This document shows positions 1 through 9,400 of a stretch of DNA of 64,000 nt, in pieces; position 1 is the stretch's first letter; each line of letters opens with the position of its first letter. The translations under genes were made by a program, and so were the position numbers. Origin of the DNA: Methanobacteriota archaeon. Its GTDB lineage: Archaea > JAADCQ01 > Methanopyri > Methanopyrales > Methanopyraceae. The notes beneath the pieces are model-generated. The model was not told where the DNA came from, ran no database searches, and saw only the letters and a program-made list of their open reading frames with translations. The stretch is taken from NCBI GenBank assembly GCA_027064425.1, contig JAMOPO010000015.1, forward strand, positions 365,959-429,958, given 5' to 3'.

Positions 1-189
1 AAGCACACCGGACGCAAGGCGGTGATCGCCAAGCTGAAGGAGCTGGGCGTGGAGCCGGAGGAGGAGATAGTCGAAGAGGTCCTGCGCGAGATCAAGGCGC
101 TCGGCGACCGGAAGGTGAGGATCACCGACTCGAAGCTCCGGAAGATCGTGAAGCGCGCGGTGGAATCGCGAGGAGATCGTGGCTCATGA
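1..189 (+). CDS. 3' end of homocitrate synthase / LeuA-family enzyme (partial)
   Basis: Frame 1 reads KHTGRKAVIAKLKELG...KALGDRKVRITD, the LeuA-family GKH(S/T)G motif. Ends without a regulatory domain; lies near homoaconitase genes. Confidence 0.75.
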   Translation, partial: KHTGRKAVIAKLKELGVEPEEEIVEEVLREIKALGDRKVRITDSKLRKIVKRAVESRGDRGS

Positions 190-691
190 GGAACTCGACC
201 AGGTCGCTCGCCCTCCGAGAGAACTCGCGGAAGGCCTCTTCCTCGCCCCACCACTCACCCTCCACGCTCGCAAGGCCCTTGGAGACGAGCCTCCGGAGCG
301 CCAGCTCCACCAGCCCGTCCCGACGGGGATCGCCCGTCCGGCCCAGCCGCACCGTCACCGCCCGCCTCCCCCGCCACTTCACCACCCTGAGAGGTAGCGA
401 GCGGCCCCCGACCGGGCCCAACAGGTCACACACGAGGCAGGTCACGTACAGGTCCTCGTCCTTGAGGTACCTACGCCCGGACTCCAGCACCCTGCCCGCG
501 GCCTCCAGCTCCCACATCGGCACGAACCCGCGCGGCCGGTACCGGCCCACGTCCCGCGGGTGACAGTACGGTGGACCGCCCACCGGGCAGGCGAACGCCC
601 GGTGCTCGATCTCGCCCAGGACCACCTCGCACAGGCTCCTCTTGAGCAGCTTCCGACAGTCTTCGCCCGAGAGCGACCGGACCAGGACCAA
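122..691 (-). CDS. Hypothetical protein
   Basis: 189-aa ORF with native E/R/L/V-rich composition filling the gap; no recognisable family. Confidence 0.55.
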   Translation of the reverse strand: MVLVRSLSGEDCRKLLKRSLCEVVLGEIEHRAFACPVGGPPYCHPRDVGRYRPRGFVPMWELEAAGRVLESGRRYLKDEDLYVTCLVCDLLGPVGGRSLPLRVVKWRGRRAVTVRLGRTGDPRRDGLVELALRRLVSKGLASVEGEWWGEEEAFREFSRRASDLVEFLMSHDLLAIPPRASRSSGASSR

Positions 692-717
692 CCGGGAGAC
701 ACCCCGGGGGGCCCGGG

Positions 718-1950
718 TTGGCCAGCGTAGCCGAGCGTATCCTGTCTGAAAAATGTGGCGAGCGCGTCGAGGCCGGAGACGTCGTGGCCATCGAGCCGGA
801 CGTGATCATGCTGCACGACGGGTCCGGGGCCACGGCCCTCCGGACCCTCCGGGAGCTAGGGACGGAGCGCGTGAGGCGGCCGGAGAAGGTCGTCCTAATC
901 TTCGACCACTCCGTCCCACCCAGCTCGGTGGAGGCGGCCAACCGGCAGAACGAGCTCCTCGAGTTCGCCCGGCGGCACGGGATCGAGCGCGTCCACGTGG
1001 ACGAGGGAATCTGCCACCAAATCCTCGTGGAGGAGGGGTACGCCCAACCGGGCCGCGTCGTCTTCGGCGGGGACTCGCACACCCCGACCGTTGGAGCCGT
1101 TTCCGCCCTCGGGTTCGGCTTCGGCGGCACCGACATGGCCTTCACGCTGCTGTACGGTGAGCTCTGGATCCGCGTACCCCGGACCATCCGAGTACACGTG
1201 ACCGGGGAGCTCGAGGCGGGGGTCACGGCGAAGGACCTGGCCCTAACCATCGTCGGCGAGCTGGGGGCCGGGTACGCGGACTACGCCGTTCTCGAGTACA
1301 CCGGCCTGCCGGAGCGCCTGCCCACGGGCGACCGAATGTGCCTGTGTAACCTGGCCACGGAGGCGGGGGCCAAGTCCGCCTACGTACCGCCCAAGGACGG
1401 TCCCGAGGACCTGCGGCCCGGGGACGCCGACGAGGTCGTCGAGGTCGACGCCTCAGAGGTCGAGCCGGTCGTCTCCGTCCCGGACGCCGTGGACGACGTG
1501 AGGCCGGTCGGAGACGTGCAGGGCACCGAGATCACCCGGGTGTTCGTCGGCTCGTGCACCAACGGTCGGTACCGGGACGTTAGGGCGTTCACGGAGGCGC
1601 TGGACGCGCTCGGCGGCCCCGACTCGGACGTCCGAGTCGTGGTCGTGCCGGCCTCCCGACGCGTTCTGCTCAAGCTGACCCGGGACGGGACCCTGGAGCG
1701 CCTCCTCGAGCTCGATGTGACCGTGGCCCCGCCCGGGTGCGGTCCCTGTCTGGGCGAGCACATGGGCGTGCTGGGCGACGACGACGTGTGCGTCTCCACC
1801 GCCAACCGCAACTTCCCGGGCCGAATGGGGTCGACCGAGGCCGACATCTACCTGGCCAGCCCGCTCACCGCGGCCGTGGCCGCCGCCCTGGGGGAGCTCG
1901 CGGACCCGCGCGAGGAGCTCCCCGACAGCGTGCTGGAACGGGTGGGATGA
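718..1950 (+). CDS. hacA: Homoaconitase / 3-isopropylmalate dehydratase large subunit
   Basis: FDH, GICHQ, DSHT, GSCTNGR, GCGPC and STANRNFPGRMG aconitase motifs. Confidence 0.9.
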   Translation: MASVAERILSEKCGERVEAGDVVAIEPDVIMLHDGSGATALRTLRELGTERVRRPEKVVLIFDHSVPPSSVEAANRQNELLEFARRHGIERVHVDEGICHQILVEEGYAQPGRVVFGGDSHTPTVGAVSALGFGFGGTDMAFTLLYGELWIRVPRTIRVHVTGELEAGVTAKDLALTIVGELGAGYADYAVLEYTGLPERLPTGDRMCLCNLATEAGAKSAYVPPKDGPEDLRPGDADEVVEVDASEVEPVVSVPDAVDDVRPVGDVQGTEITRVFVGSCTNGRYRDVRAFTEALDALGGPDSDVRVVVVPASRRVLLKLTRDGTLERLLELDVTVAPPGCGPCLGEHMGVLGDDDVCVSTANRNFPGRMGSTEADIYLASPLTAAVAAALGELADPREELPDSVLERVG

Positions 1951-1953
1951 GCC

Positions 1954-2457
1954 GTGAGGTGGGAGGGACGCGCCTGGGTGTTCGGCGACGACGTTGACAC
2001 GGACCAGATCATCCCGGGCCGCTACCTCCGGCGGGTCTCCTACGACGAGCTGGGCAGGTACGCGATGACGGGGGCGGACCCGGAGTTCCCGGAGAAGGTC
2101 CGGGAGGGTGACATCATCGTCGCGGGCCGGAACTTCGGGTGCGGCTCCTCCCGGGAGCAGGCGGTCATGGCGCTGCAGCAGGCCGGGGTCGCGTGCGTCG
2201 TCGCACGCTCCTTCGCTCGGATCTTTTACCGGAACGCTCTGAACCGGGGTCTGCCGACGATCGAGGCGCGCGGGGATCCCACGGAGGTCGTTGAGGACCG
2301 TGAGAGGGTCGTCGTCGACCTGGACGAGCTCGTTCTGAGGACAGGGTCGGGCGAGGTGCCCCTCCGCGAGCCACCCGAGTTCGCCCTGAGGGCCTGGCGA
2401 GAGGGCGGTCTGCTGGAGCTTGCCAGGGAGGACCCGGAGCGGCCGCCGTGGCGATGA
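1954..2457 (+). CDS. hacB: Homoaconitase small subunit
   Basis: DDVDTDQIIPGRYLR and NFGCGSSRE; the YLR loop is typical of homoaconitase-type small subunits. Confidence 0.88.
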   Translation: MRWEGRAWVFGDDVDTDQIIPGRYLRRVSYDELGRYAMTGADPEFPEKVREGDIIVAGRNFGCGSSREQAVMALQQAGVACVVARSFARIFYRNALNRGLPTIEARGDPTEVVEDRERVVVDLDELVLRTGSGEVPLREPPEFALRAWREGGLLELAREDPERPPWR

Positions 2458-2842
2458 CGCCGAGCTGCGCCTCCTCCTGCGGGCCGTCAGGGAGTTGGGC
2501 GCGAGCCGGGTCGTGGAGGTGGGCCACGGGAGGAACCTACGGTACCTCTCGTTCCTGCGAGAGCACGGGGTGGACGCGGTCGGGGTCGAGACGCGAACCG
2601 AGCACGTCCGGAGGGCGCTGGCTCGGGGCCTACCCTCGGTGAACGTGGACGCGGTCGGGGAATCGGGCTGGGTCAGGCGGGTGCTGAGGCCCGACCTGGT
2701 CTACTCGGCGCGGCCCCCGGTGGAGCTGGCTCTGGGCCTCTTGAGGGAGTATTCCCCGGTGCTGCTGAGAATGAGGGAGGAAGAGCGGTGGGAGCTGCCG
2801 GAGCCGACCCGCCGGTTGGGACCCTGGGACCTCTACGCCTAG
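2420..2842 (+). CDS. UPF0146 family protein (start uncertain)
   Basis: VVEVGHG and DLVYSARPP motifs. Confidence 0.7.
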   Translation: MPGRTRSGRRGDDAELRLLLRAVRELGASRVVEVGHGRNLRYLSFLREHGVDAVGVETRTEHVRRALARGLPSVNVDAVGESGWVRRVLRPDLVYSARPPVELALGLLREYSPVLLRMREEERWELPEPTRRLGPWDLYA

Positions 2843-3951
2843 AGGTACTCCCGGACACGGTCGTACAGGACCGAGCCCGCGGCCAGGAAGCCCAGCGTAA
2901 AGCCCAGCAGGATGAGCAGGTCCACGGGGTCCAGGTAGCCCAGCAGCGCGGCCTTCCGGGCCGCGTCACCCATGTAGTACATCGGGTTGATGAGGGCGAA
3001 CGCCCGGGCCCAGCCCGGCATGACGCTGATCGGCATGAAAATGCCGGAGAGGAACATCATCGGGATGGTCACCGCGCCCGTGGCCATCTCCGCGACCTCG
3101 GAGCGGCCGGCGAGCGACGCCATGAGGAGGCCGAGCCCGACCATCGTGGCGGCGGATAGCGCCCCCACCAGGAACAGCAGGACGGGGTGGAGGATCTTCG
3201 CGCCCAGGGCCAGCGCGACGAGCACGACGATCGCGCACCTGACGCATCCCCAGATGGTCATGTTCACGAACCGGCCGATGACGACGTCCCGCGCCCGGAT
3301 GGGGGCCGCGAAGAGGGCGTAGGCCACGCCCAGCTCGATCTCCTCCATCATGAGGCGCCCGAGCCCGAAGATGGAGCCCATCGCCGCGGTCATGACGGCC
3401 AGTCCCGGGACCAGGTAGTCGAAGTACTTCATTCCCTTCACCGGCGTTTGCACGCGAAACGGGTTGAACTGCGGCACGTGGACGGGCCGCTCGGGCGCCG
3501 CTTTCAGCACCGGGGCCAGCCGCCTCACGGAGGACTTGACGGTGCCCGCCACGTGCCTCGCCCAGGACCGCTGGATCTTGTTCAGGACGTACCGGGAGCC
3601 CATCGGATCGGTTGGATCGTAATAGACCGTGGCCTTGCGGTCCGGGAACCCGGACGGCAGGTACAGAAAGACCGAGGCCGAGCCCCGCCGAACCAGGTCG
3701 CGTCCCTCTCGAACGCTCTTCACGTGGATCAGGTGGATCCGATGATCGCACCTCAGCTGGTCAACGATCGGGTCCCCGGCGCCCGAGTCGTGCCGGAGGA
3801 TCGCGACGTTGACGCTGGTTGGCTTCACGTCGTGGAAGGCCCCGTACATCACGATCATCATGACGATGGGCGTGACGATGGTGACCGTCACCCGCCTCCG
3901 GTCCTTCACCCAGGCCTTGAAGTCCCGGGCGGCGATCGTGCGCCAGCTCAC
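2839..3951 (-). CDS. ABC-2 type transporter permease
   Basis: N-terminal TM helix, extracellular loop, YFDYLVPG, FLSGIFMPISVMPGW...INPMYY. Confidence 0.9.
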   Translation of the reverse strand: MSWRTIAARDFKAWVKDRRRVTVTIVTPIVMMIVMYGAFHDVKPTSVNVAILRHDSGAGDPIVDQLRCDHRIHLIHVKSVREGRDLVRRGSASVFLYLPSGFPDRKATVYYDPTDPMGSRYVLNKIQRSWARHVAGTVKSSVRRLAPVLKAAPERPVHVPQFNPFRVQTPVKGMKYFDYLVPGLAVMTAAMGSIFGLGRLMMEEIELGVAYALFAAPIRARDVVIGRFVNMTIWGCVRCAIVVLVALALGAKILHPVLLFLVGALSAATMVGLGLLMASLAGRSEVAEMATGAVTIPMMFLSGIFMPISVMPGWARAFALINPMYYMGDAARKAALLGYLDPVDLLILLGFTLGFLAAGSVLYDRVREYL

Positions 3952-3955
3952 GCCC

Positions 3956-4663
3956 TCACTCCCCCGCCACCTGCGCCGCGACGGACCGGTACGCGTCCAG
4001 CACGGACCCGTGCTCGCTCATCAGCCGGTCGAACGGCTCGTCCAGGGCCTTGCGGCCCTCCAGGAAGATCAGGACGCGGTCCGGCTCCAGCTGCTCCACC
4101 TCGTGAACGTCGTGGGAGACGTAGAGGACCGTCGTCCCCGACTCGTTGTACTCGCGCACGGCCTCTATCACGTCCTGCCGGGCCGTCGGGTCCAGCTCGT
4201 TGGTCGGTTCGTCGAGCACCAGGATCTCGGGCCGGAGGGCGAGGGCCAGGGCGACGGCGGCGCGCTTCCGCATGCCGCCGGAGAGGTGCTCCACGCGCCG
4301 GTCCATGTACTCGTGCACCTCCAGGAGCTCGAACGGCTCCTCGTCCGGCTCGACACCGTACAGCTCGGCGTAGAACCGGACGTTCTCCCGAACGGTCTGC
4401 TCGAGGTACAGCCCTCCCTGCTGAGGCACGATGGAGACGCGGCGCTTGATGTCCGGGTCGGACGGGTCGCCCCCCAGGACGCGGATCTCGCCCCTGGTGG
4501 GCCTGGTGACGCCGCACACGATCTTGATGAACGTGGACTTGCCGGCACCGTTGGGGCCGAGGATGGCCACGAGCTCTCCCCGGTCTATGTCGACGTTCAC
4601 GGAGCGGAGGGCGACGACCCGCCCGTACTCCTTCCACAGGTTCGTGGCCTGGACGGCGGACAA
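3956..4663 (-). CDS. ABC transporter ATP-binding protein
   Basis: GPNGAGKST, LSGGM, LDEPT, VSHD; TTG start chosen. Confidence 0.92.
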   Translation of the reverse strand: MSAVQATNLWKEYGRVVALRSVNVDIDRGELVAILGPNGAGKSTFIKIVCGVTRPTRGEIRVLGGDPSDPDIKRRVSIVPQQGGLYLEQTVRENVRFYAELYGVEPDEEPFELLEVHEYMDRRVEHLSGGMRKRAAVALALALRPEILVLDEPTNELDPTARQDVIEAVREYNESGTTVLYVSHDVHEVEQLEPDRVLIFLEGRKALDEPFDRLMSEHGSVLDAYRSVAAQVAGE

Positions 4664-4736
4664 GGTGACCCCCCGCGGCGTCGCCCGGCCGCCCACGCCT
4701 TTGGTCATTCACCCGGGGACCGCGGTTGGAGGAGGG

Positions 4737-4759
4737 TCGTTTCGAACATCGTAACGATT
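4737..4759. repeat. Intergenic palindrome, copy 1
   Basis: TCGTTTCGA-ACA-TCGTAACGATT. Confidence 0.75.
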
Positions 4760-4775
4760 CGTCCGGCGGGAGGGC

Positions 4776-5315
4776 TCAGCGCAGGGCCTCAGCGAACGCC
4801 TCCGCCAGCTCCTCCTCGTACCCCACCAGGAAGACCCTGCGAACCCGCTCGAGCTCCGGAGCCAGCTCCCGGATAACGCCGACCATGGTCTCCGCGGCGT
4901 CCTCGTAGGGGACGCCGCCGACCCCGGTTCCCATCCCCGGGAACGCGACGGACTCCACGCCCAGCTCCTCCGCCTTTTCCAGCGCCGCCCGGGTGGCCTT
5001 CTCGACGTTCTCCACGCCGATCCGCTGGGCCGGCCGCTCCATGGTGGGTGCGTGGATGACGTACTCCGCGCTCAGCCGGCCCGCGGTCGTGGCGACGGCT
5101 TCACCCACGGGGATCGGCGCCTTCTCGCGCGCCTCGCGCTCGATCTCCTCCCCTCCCTTCTCCTTGATCGCGGCCGCCACGCCGCCTCCCATCACGCCCT
5201 GGCTGTTGGCCGGGTTCACGATCGCGTCCGCGTCCTCCAGCTCGGTGATGTCGCCCTGGAGGACGATCACCTCAACCCCTTCCACTTCGGTGCGGAACAC
5301 CTCCTTCAGGGGCAA
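4776..5315 (-). CDS. Macro domain ADP-ribose-binding/hydrolase protein
   Basis: GDIT, AIVNPAN, MGGGVAAAI, FPGMGTGVGG. Confidence 0.92.
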   Translation of the reverse strand: MPLKEVFRTEVEGVEVIVLQGDITELEDADAIVNPANSQGVMGGGVAAAIKEKGGEEIEREAREKAPIPVGEAVATTAGRLSAEYVIHAPTMERPAQRIGVENVEKATRAALEKAEELGVESVAFPGMGTGVGGVPYEDAAETMVGVIRELAPELERVRRVFLVGYEEELAEAFAEALR

Positions 5316-5330
5316 GCGCCGGCACCCCCA

Positions 5331-5400
5331 GCCTCGGGAACCCCGTCGTATCTTCATCACTACGCCCGGGACTCCGCTGGCGCGGTGCTCCTCATCGGCC
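5331..5400 (-). ncRNA. Box C/D sRNA
   Basis: Minus strand: CGATGA-guide-CGGA...TGATGA-guide-CCGA. Confidence 0.65.
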
Positions 5401-5421
5401 TACGGGGGCGCCGGGCGGGCC

Positions 5422-5481
5422 GGTTTCGGCCCCCGTCATACTCATCACCGCTCAGAGGGGACAATGGTTCCTCATCAACCA
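5422..5481 (-). ncRNA. Box C/D sRNA
   Basis: TGATGA-GGAACCATTGTCCCCT-CTGA-gcgg-TGATGA-GTATGACGGGGG-CCGA, closed by a GGTT/AACC stem. Confidence 0.85.
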
Positions 5482-5502
5482 GCGTGATCGGGGTCAGCGT
5501 GA

Positions 5503-5585
5503 GCGTGTGCCCGGCGGCTTGCCCGCCCCCTCATCCCGACCCGCGAAGGGAGCGTCAGGGACGGCCTCCGGGCTTTACCGGGCTG
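5503..5585 (-). ncRNA. Box H/ACA sRNA
   Basis: GCCCGG/CCGGGC basal stem followed by ACA; upper stem with CTGA/GGATGA K-turn; 14 nt from upper stem to ACA. Confidence 0.7.
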
Positions 5586-5711
5586 CCGACCGGTCGGGGC
5601 ATCCCCGGCGGTCGGGGAGACCGCCCGGTTCCCGACCGGGCGCCCTCGGACTGCCAGGATCTATAATCGTTTCCGCCAAGAACCAGCGCGGTCGGCGGGG
5701 CGTGGGGAGGC

Positions 5712-6470
5712 GTGACGCTTGAGGACTACCTGGCCCGACTGAAGGAGTCCAGCGCCGTCCACGAGCCGGACCTGAGGATCCCCGTGAAGCGGGCCCTACT
5801 GCCCTGGGTGCTGACCTACGCGTCGTGGGTCGGGATGGCGCTGCTACCGGGGCCCGAGCGACTCCACGCGCCGCACCCGGGACACTTTGCGCTGCTGGGA
5901 GCGGCCGCGCTCGCGGTCCTGGGCACGCTGCTGGTGGGCGAGGCCCTCTACCTGTATTACCTTTACCTGCTGATCCGGCGCCGCAACGAGCACTTCGAGC
6001 GCTCGCACCGGTTCTTCCTGGCCCTGGTAAGGCTGCTCCGAGAGGCCGGGTACGAGGACGTATCGGCGCTCGAGCTGAAGGTGGAGGAGCTGAGGAGGGA
6101 GCCCAAGAACCCGGTCCTCTGGGTGATCCTCTCGCTGGTCCCGGTGCTGGGGCTCCTGGCCGTCCTTTACGTGTACCACTCGCTGAATCGAGACTTCCAC
6201 GAGCACTCCGTCGTGGAACGCAGCCTGGTGGAGGGCGTGGCCCGGGCCCTGGGAATGAGCCCGTACGAGCCCCCGTTCGAGGTGGAGGAGCTGGAACCGG
6301 TGCCGCGGCGGAGCACCGGCCTGTACCTGCTGCTGACGCTGCTAACGCTCGGGGTCTTCTCCGCGTACTGGTGGTACACCCTGGTACGGGACCCGAACGG
6401 GCACTTCCGGGCACACGAGCGGTTCGAACGGCGGCTGATTAGGGCGATAGAGGAGGGGATGGGAGGGTGA
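5712..6470 (+). CDS. Membrane protein (DUF4234-like)
   Basis: Multiple TM helices; LTLLTLGVFSAYWWY...DPNGHF. Confidence 0.7.
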   Translation: MTLEDYLARLKESSAVHEPDLRIPVKRALLPWVLTYASWVGMALLPGPERLHAPHPGHFALLGAAALAVLGTLLVGEALYLYYLYLLIRRRNEHFERSHRFFLALVRLLREAGYEDVSALELKVEELRREPKNPVLWVILSLVPVLGLLAVLYVYHSLNRDFHEHSVVERSLVEGVARALGMSPYEPPFEVEELEPVPRRSTGLYLLLTLLTLGVFSAYWWYTLVRDPNGHFRAHERFERRLIRAIEEGMGG

Positions 6471-6471
6471 C

Positions 6472-9400
6472 TCAGCCCCCTACCTCCTTCAGCAGCTCGG
6501 CCAGCAGGCCGATGAGGCCGCGCTCGTTGAGCAGCTCCCGCGCGCGGTCCGAGAGTCGGTACGCGTCTCCAACGGGTTCGAACAGGTCCGTCTGGGCCAG
6601 TCGTCCAAGCTCCTTCTCGGAGAAGGTCGCGTCCGCGCCCTCCCGGGCCACTCGCCGCAGCACGTCGATGGCGGCGTCGCTTAGCCGCTCCGCCAGCTCG
6701 GGCGGTAGGCGCAGCTCCTCGATGAGGGCGGTCGTCTCCTCCTCGCCATCGCCGGGCAGCTGGGCCCGGCAGGCGTAGAACTCGGTTTCCTCGTACTCCC
6801 GGGCCCTGTCGATGACCCAGCCGAGCACGGGCGTCTGGACGCGGCCGGCGCTGAGCCAGGTCATGGCCTCCAGCTCGACGTCCGGCTCGACCTCCTCGCC
6901 GTTGACCACCGCCCGGACCTCCACGGCGTCCTCCCGGACCGACTCGGCGTCGCCGAGCTCCCGGTTCTCGTCCATGAGGGTGGCGACATAGGTGACCTGG
7001 CCACCCCGGGAGATGCGCGTCCGAACGACGTACTCATCGCCCTCTCGGCGCACGCGGACGGGCCGGGACGGGACGTCCTCGTCCTCGAACCGGCGGCGGA
7101 AGTCAATGATCTTCACGCCCTCGGGCAGGCGGATACGGAGCTCGATGAACGTGCCGCGGTCACGCTCGCCCAGGTCGATGGTGAGGAGCTTGAACACCTC
7201 CCACAGGTCCTGGGACAGTGCGAAGCCGATCCACCGGTCGGCGACCCGGCGGAGGATCTGGGCGGACACGCGCCCGGCGTCCACGTCCTTCCAGTTCTCC
7301 TCCTCCAGCGCCTCGGAGATGCCGCGCCGGGTGACCTCGTGGAACTCGGTCCGGTGAACCTCCGCGGTGACCCAGCCGAGGTAGTTGAACACGTCCCACC
7401 CGATCTTCTCTCCCTCGGTGTCCGGGTCCGTGCCGATCAGGATGACGTCGGCCTCGGCGGCGAGGTCCCGGATGGATTCCAGGAGTGGCGTCTTCAGCTC
7501 AACCTCGCCACCGCAGTTCGGGCACTCCTCGCGGCCCACGACCTGCTCACCGCACTCCCGGCACCGGCCCAGCACGTCGTACACCGGCACCCACCGATCA
7601 CCCACCTGCTCCACACCGAAGACGCCCTCGTCCTCCACGAGGTCCGCGACGTGGCCCTGCGTGGCGACAACGGTCAGGTGCAGGCCCTCGGCCGCGGCCT
7701 CGTAGGCCACGCCACCGTCCAGCCGGCGCCGGGAGGGCCGGCGCGAGAACAGGGAGGCGATCATCCGGGCCTTGTTCGGCGATTCGACGATCATCAGGGC
7801 CGAGCGGGCGAGCTTGCCGGCCTCCTCCGGCTCGAGCTCGCCCCGGAGGATCTTGCGCACGCGCTCCCGGTCGTCGTCCACCTTCTCCACCAGCTCGTCC
7901 AGCTCCTCCTCGGACACGCCCTCCAGGTTCAGGCCGATGTCGTCCGCCGTGAGCTCCTCCGGGTAGGACTTCCACTCGAACTCGGTCCCGTACGTGTACG
8001 ACATTCGCCGGATCAGGCCGTTGAGCAGCCGGAGCTCCCGGTCGTCGTCCGGATCGCAGAGGACGAAGGACAGGCCGAAGGTCACGCCGCCGGCGAAGAG
8101 CCGGCTCACGCGCCCGCTGGCCTGTACGTACGTTCTCAGGTCCGGCACCTCGAGGAACGAGTCACCATCCTCCTCTCGCACGGCCACCGTGGTCGCCTCG
8201 CGCGCGAGCCGCTCCACCCGCTCCCGATCACCGAGCAGGTTCAGCAGCTCCCTCACGCCCTCGGCCAGCGTGCGGACGTTCCGGGCCAGCCAGGGCTCCA
8301 CGTCCAGCTCGTCGGCGATCTCGTCCGCGTTCCGGTCGGCCAGGTCCTGGAGCTCCTCGATGGAGAGGTCCTCCACGGCCTCCTCGACCCGCTCCCGGTA
8401 CCAGGCGCCGCGCCGGACGATCCGCCAGAGCCGGCCGGCGACGCCCTCGAGCCGGCTCCGCAGCTGGGTGTCGTCGATTAGGCGCGCAAGGTTGGACAGG
8501 GCGGAGGCGACGTAGGTCACGTCCTTCAGATCCTCCTCCTCGGGCGTCAGCCGGATGCGCTGGCGCGGGACCCCGTAGAAGACGGCGTACCGGGCCGCCT
8601 GGGGTAAGTCGAGCCCGCGCACGATAACGCCGTACGGGCTGGCGACGGCGACGAGGACGTCCACCTCACCCTCCGCGAACGCGTCGATGGCCTCCTCGCG
8701 CTCCTCGGCCGACGTGCCGGCGTGGACCGCCCGCGCCTCTATCCCGTGCTCTCGCAGGTGCTCGGCGATCTCCTCCGCCACCTCGCGCGCCCGCTCACCG
8801 CCGGGCAGACGCTGCGGTACGAAGACGAGGCCGCCCTCCGGACCCACGCGCTCGACGACCTCGCGCACGGCCTCCGGGGACGGCTCTTTCGGCACGACCA
8901 GGTCCTGGATGTTCCGGAGCCCCTCGCCGCCGGCGCCCACCTCGAAGTCGAAGAGCTCCCGAACGACCGCGAGCCTCCGGGATGGAGCGGCGGCTCCGGT
9001 CGCGCTCATGAAGACGATCTGAGCGAGATCCCGCCCTTTAGCCTCCTCAACCTCCTCCTCCAGCTCCTCGAGCTCCTTCTCGAGCTCCTCCAGGTCGCGC
9101 CGGACGCGCTCGGCCCGCTCCTCTTCGCCGCGCTCCTCCAGTGACTCGAGCCAGTCGCGCAGCGAGTAGTACCGGCGCCGGAGGTTCGCGAGACGGTACG
9201 CGGCGTCGATCTCGTCCTGCTCCAGGCCCGCCACCCGGAGGACGCGGTCGACGTTCCGGCCGGTACCGCGGATGATCGCGTCCACGTCGTCGACGAAGAT
9301 CACGTCGAAGTCGAGCCGCTCGAGCTCCTCCACGCGGTGGACCAGGAACTGGGCGGTGGTGATCAGGACGTCGAAGTCGCCCTCGCGGATGCGCTCCTGG

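Noticed and set aside
5331-5481. Repeated TGATGA/CYGA units as a CRISPR or TIGR-like array
   Set aside because: No constant repeat or period; 12-16 nt guides fit ordinary C/D sRNAs; no Cas or Nop-domain effector nearby
6859-7191. rgyB insertion as an intein
   Set aside because: No Cys/Ser start, no TxxH, no terminal HN
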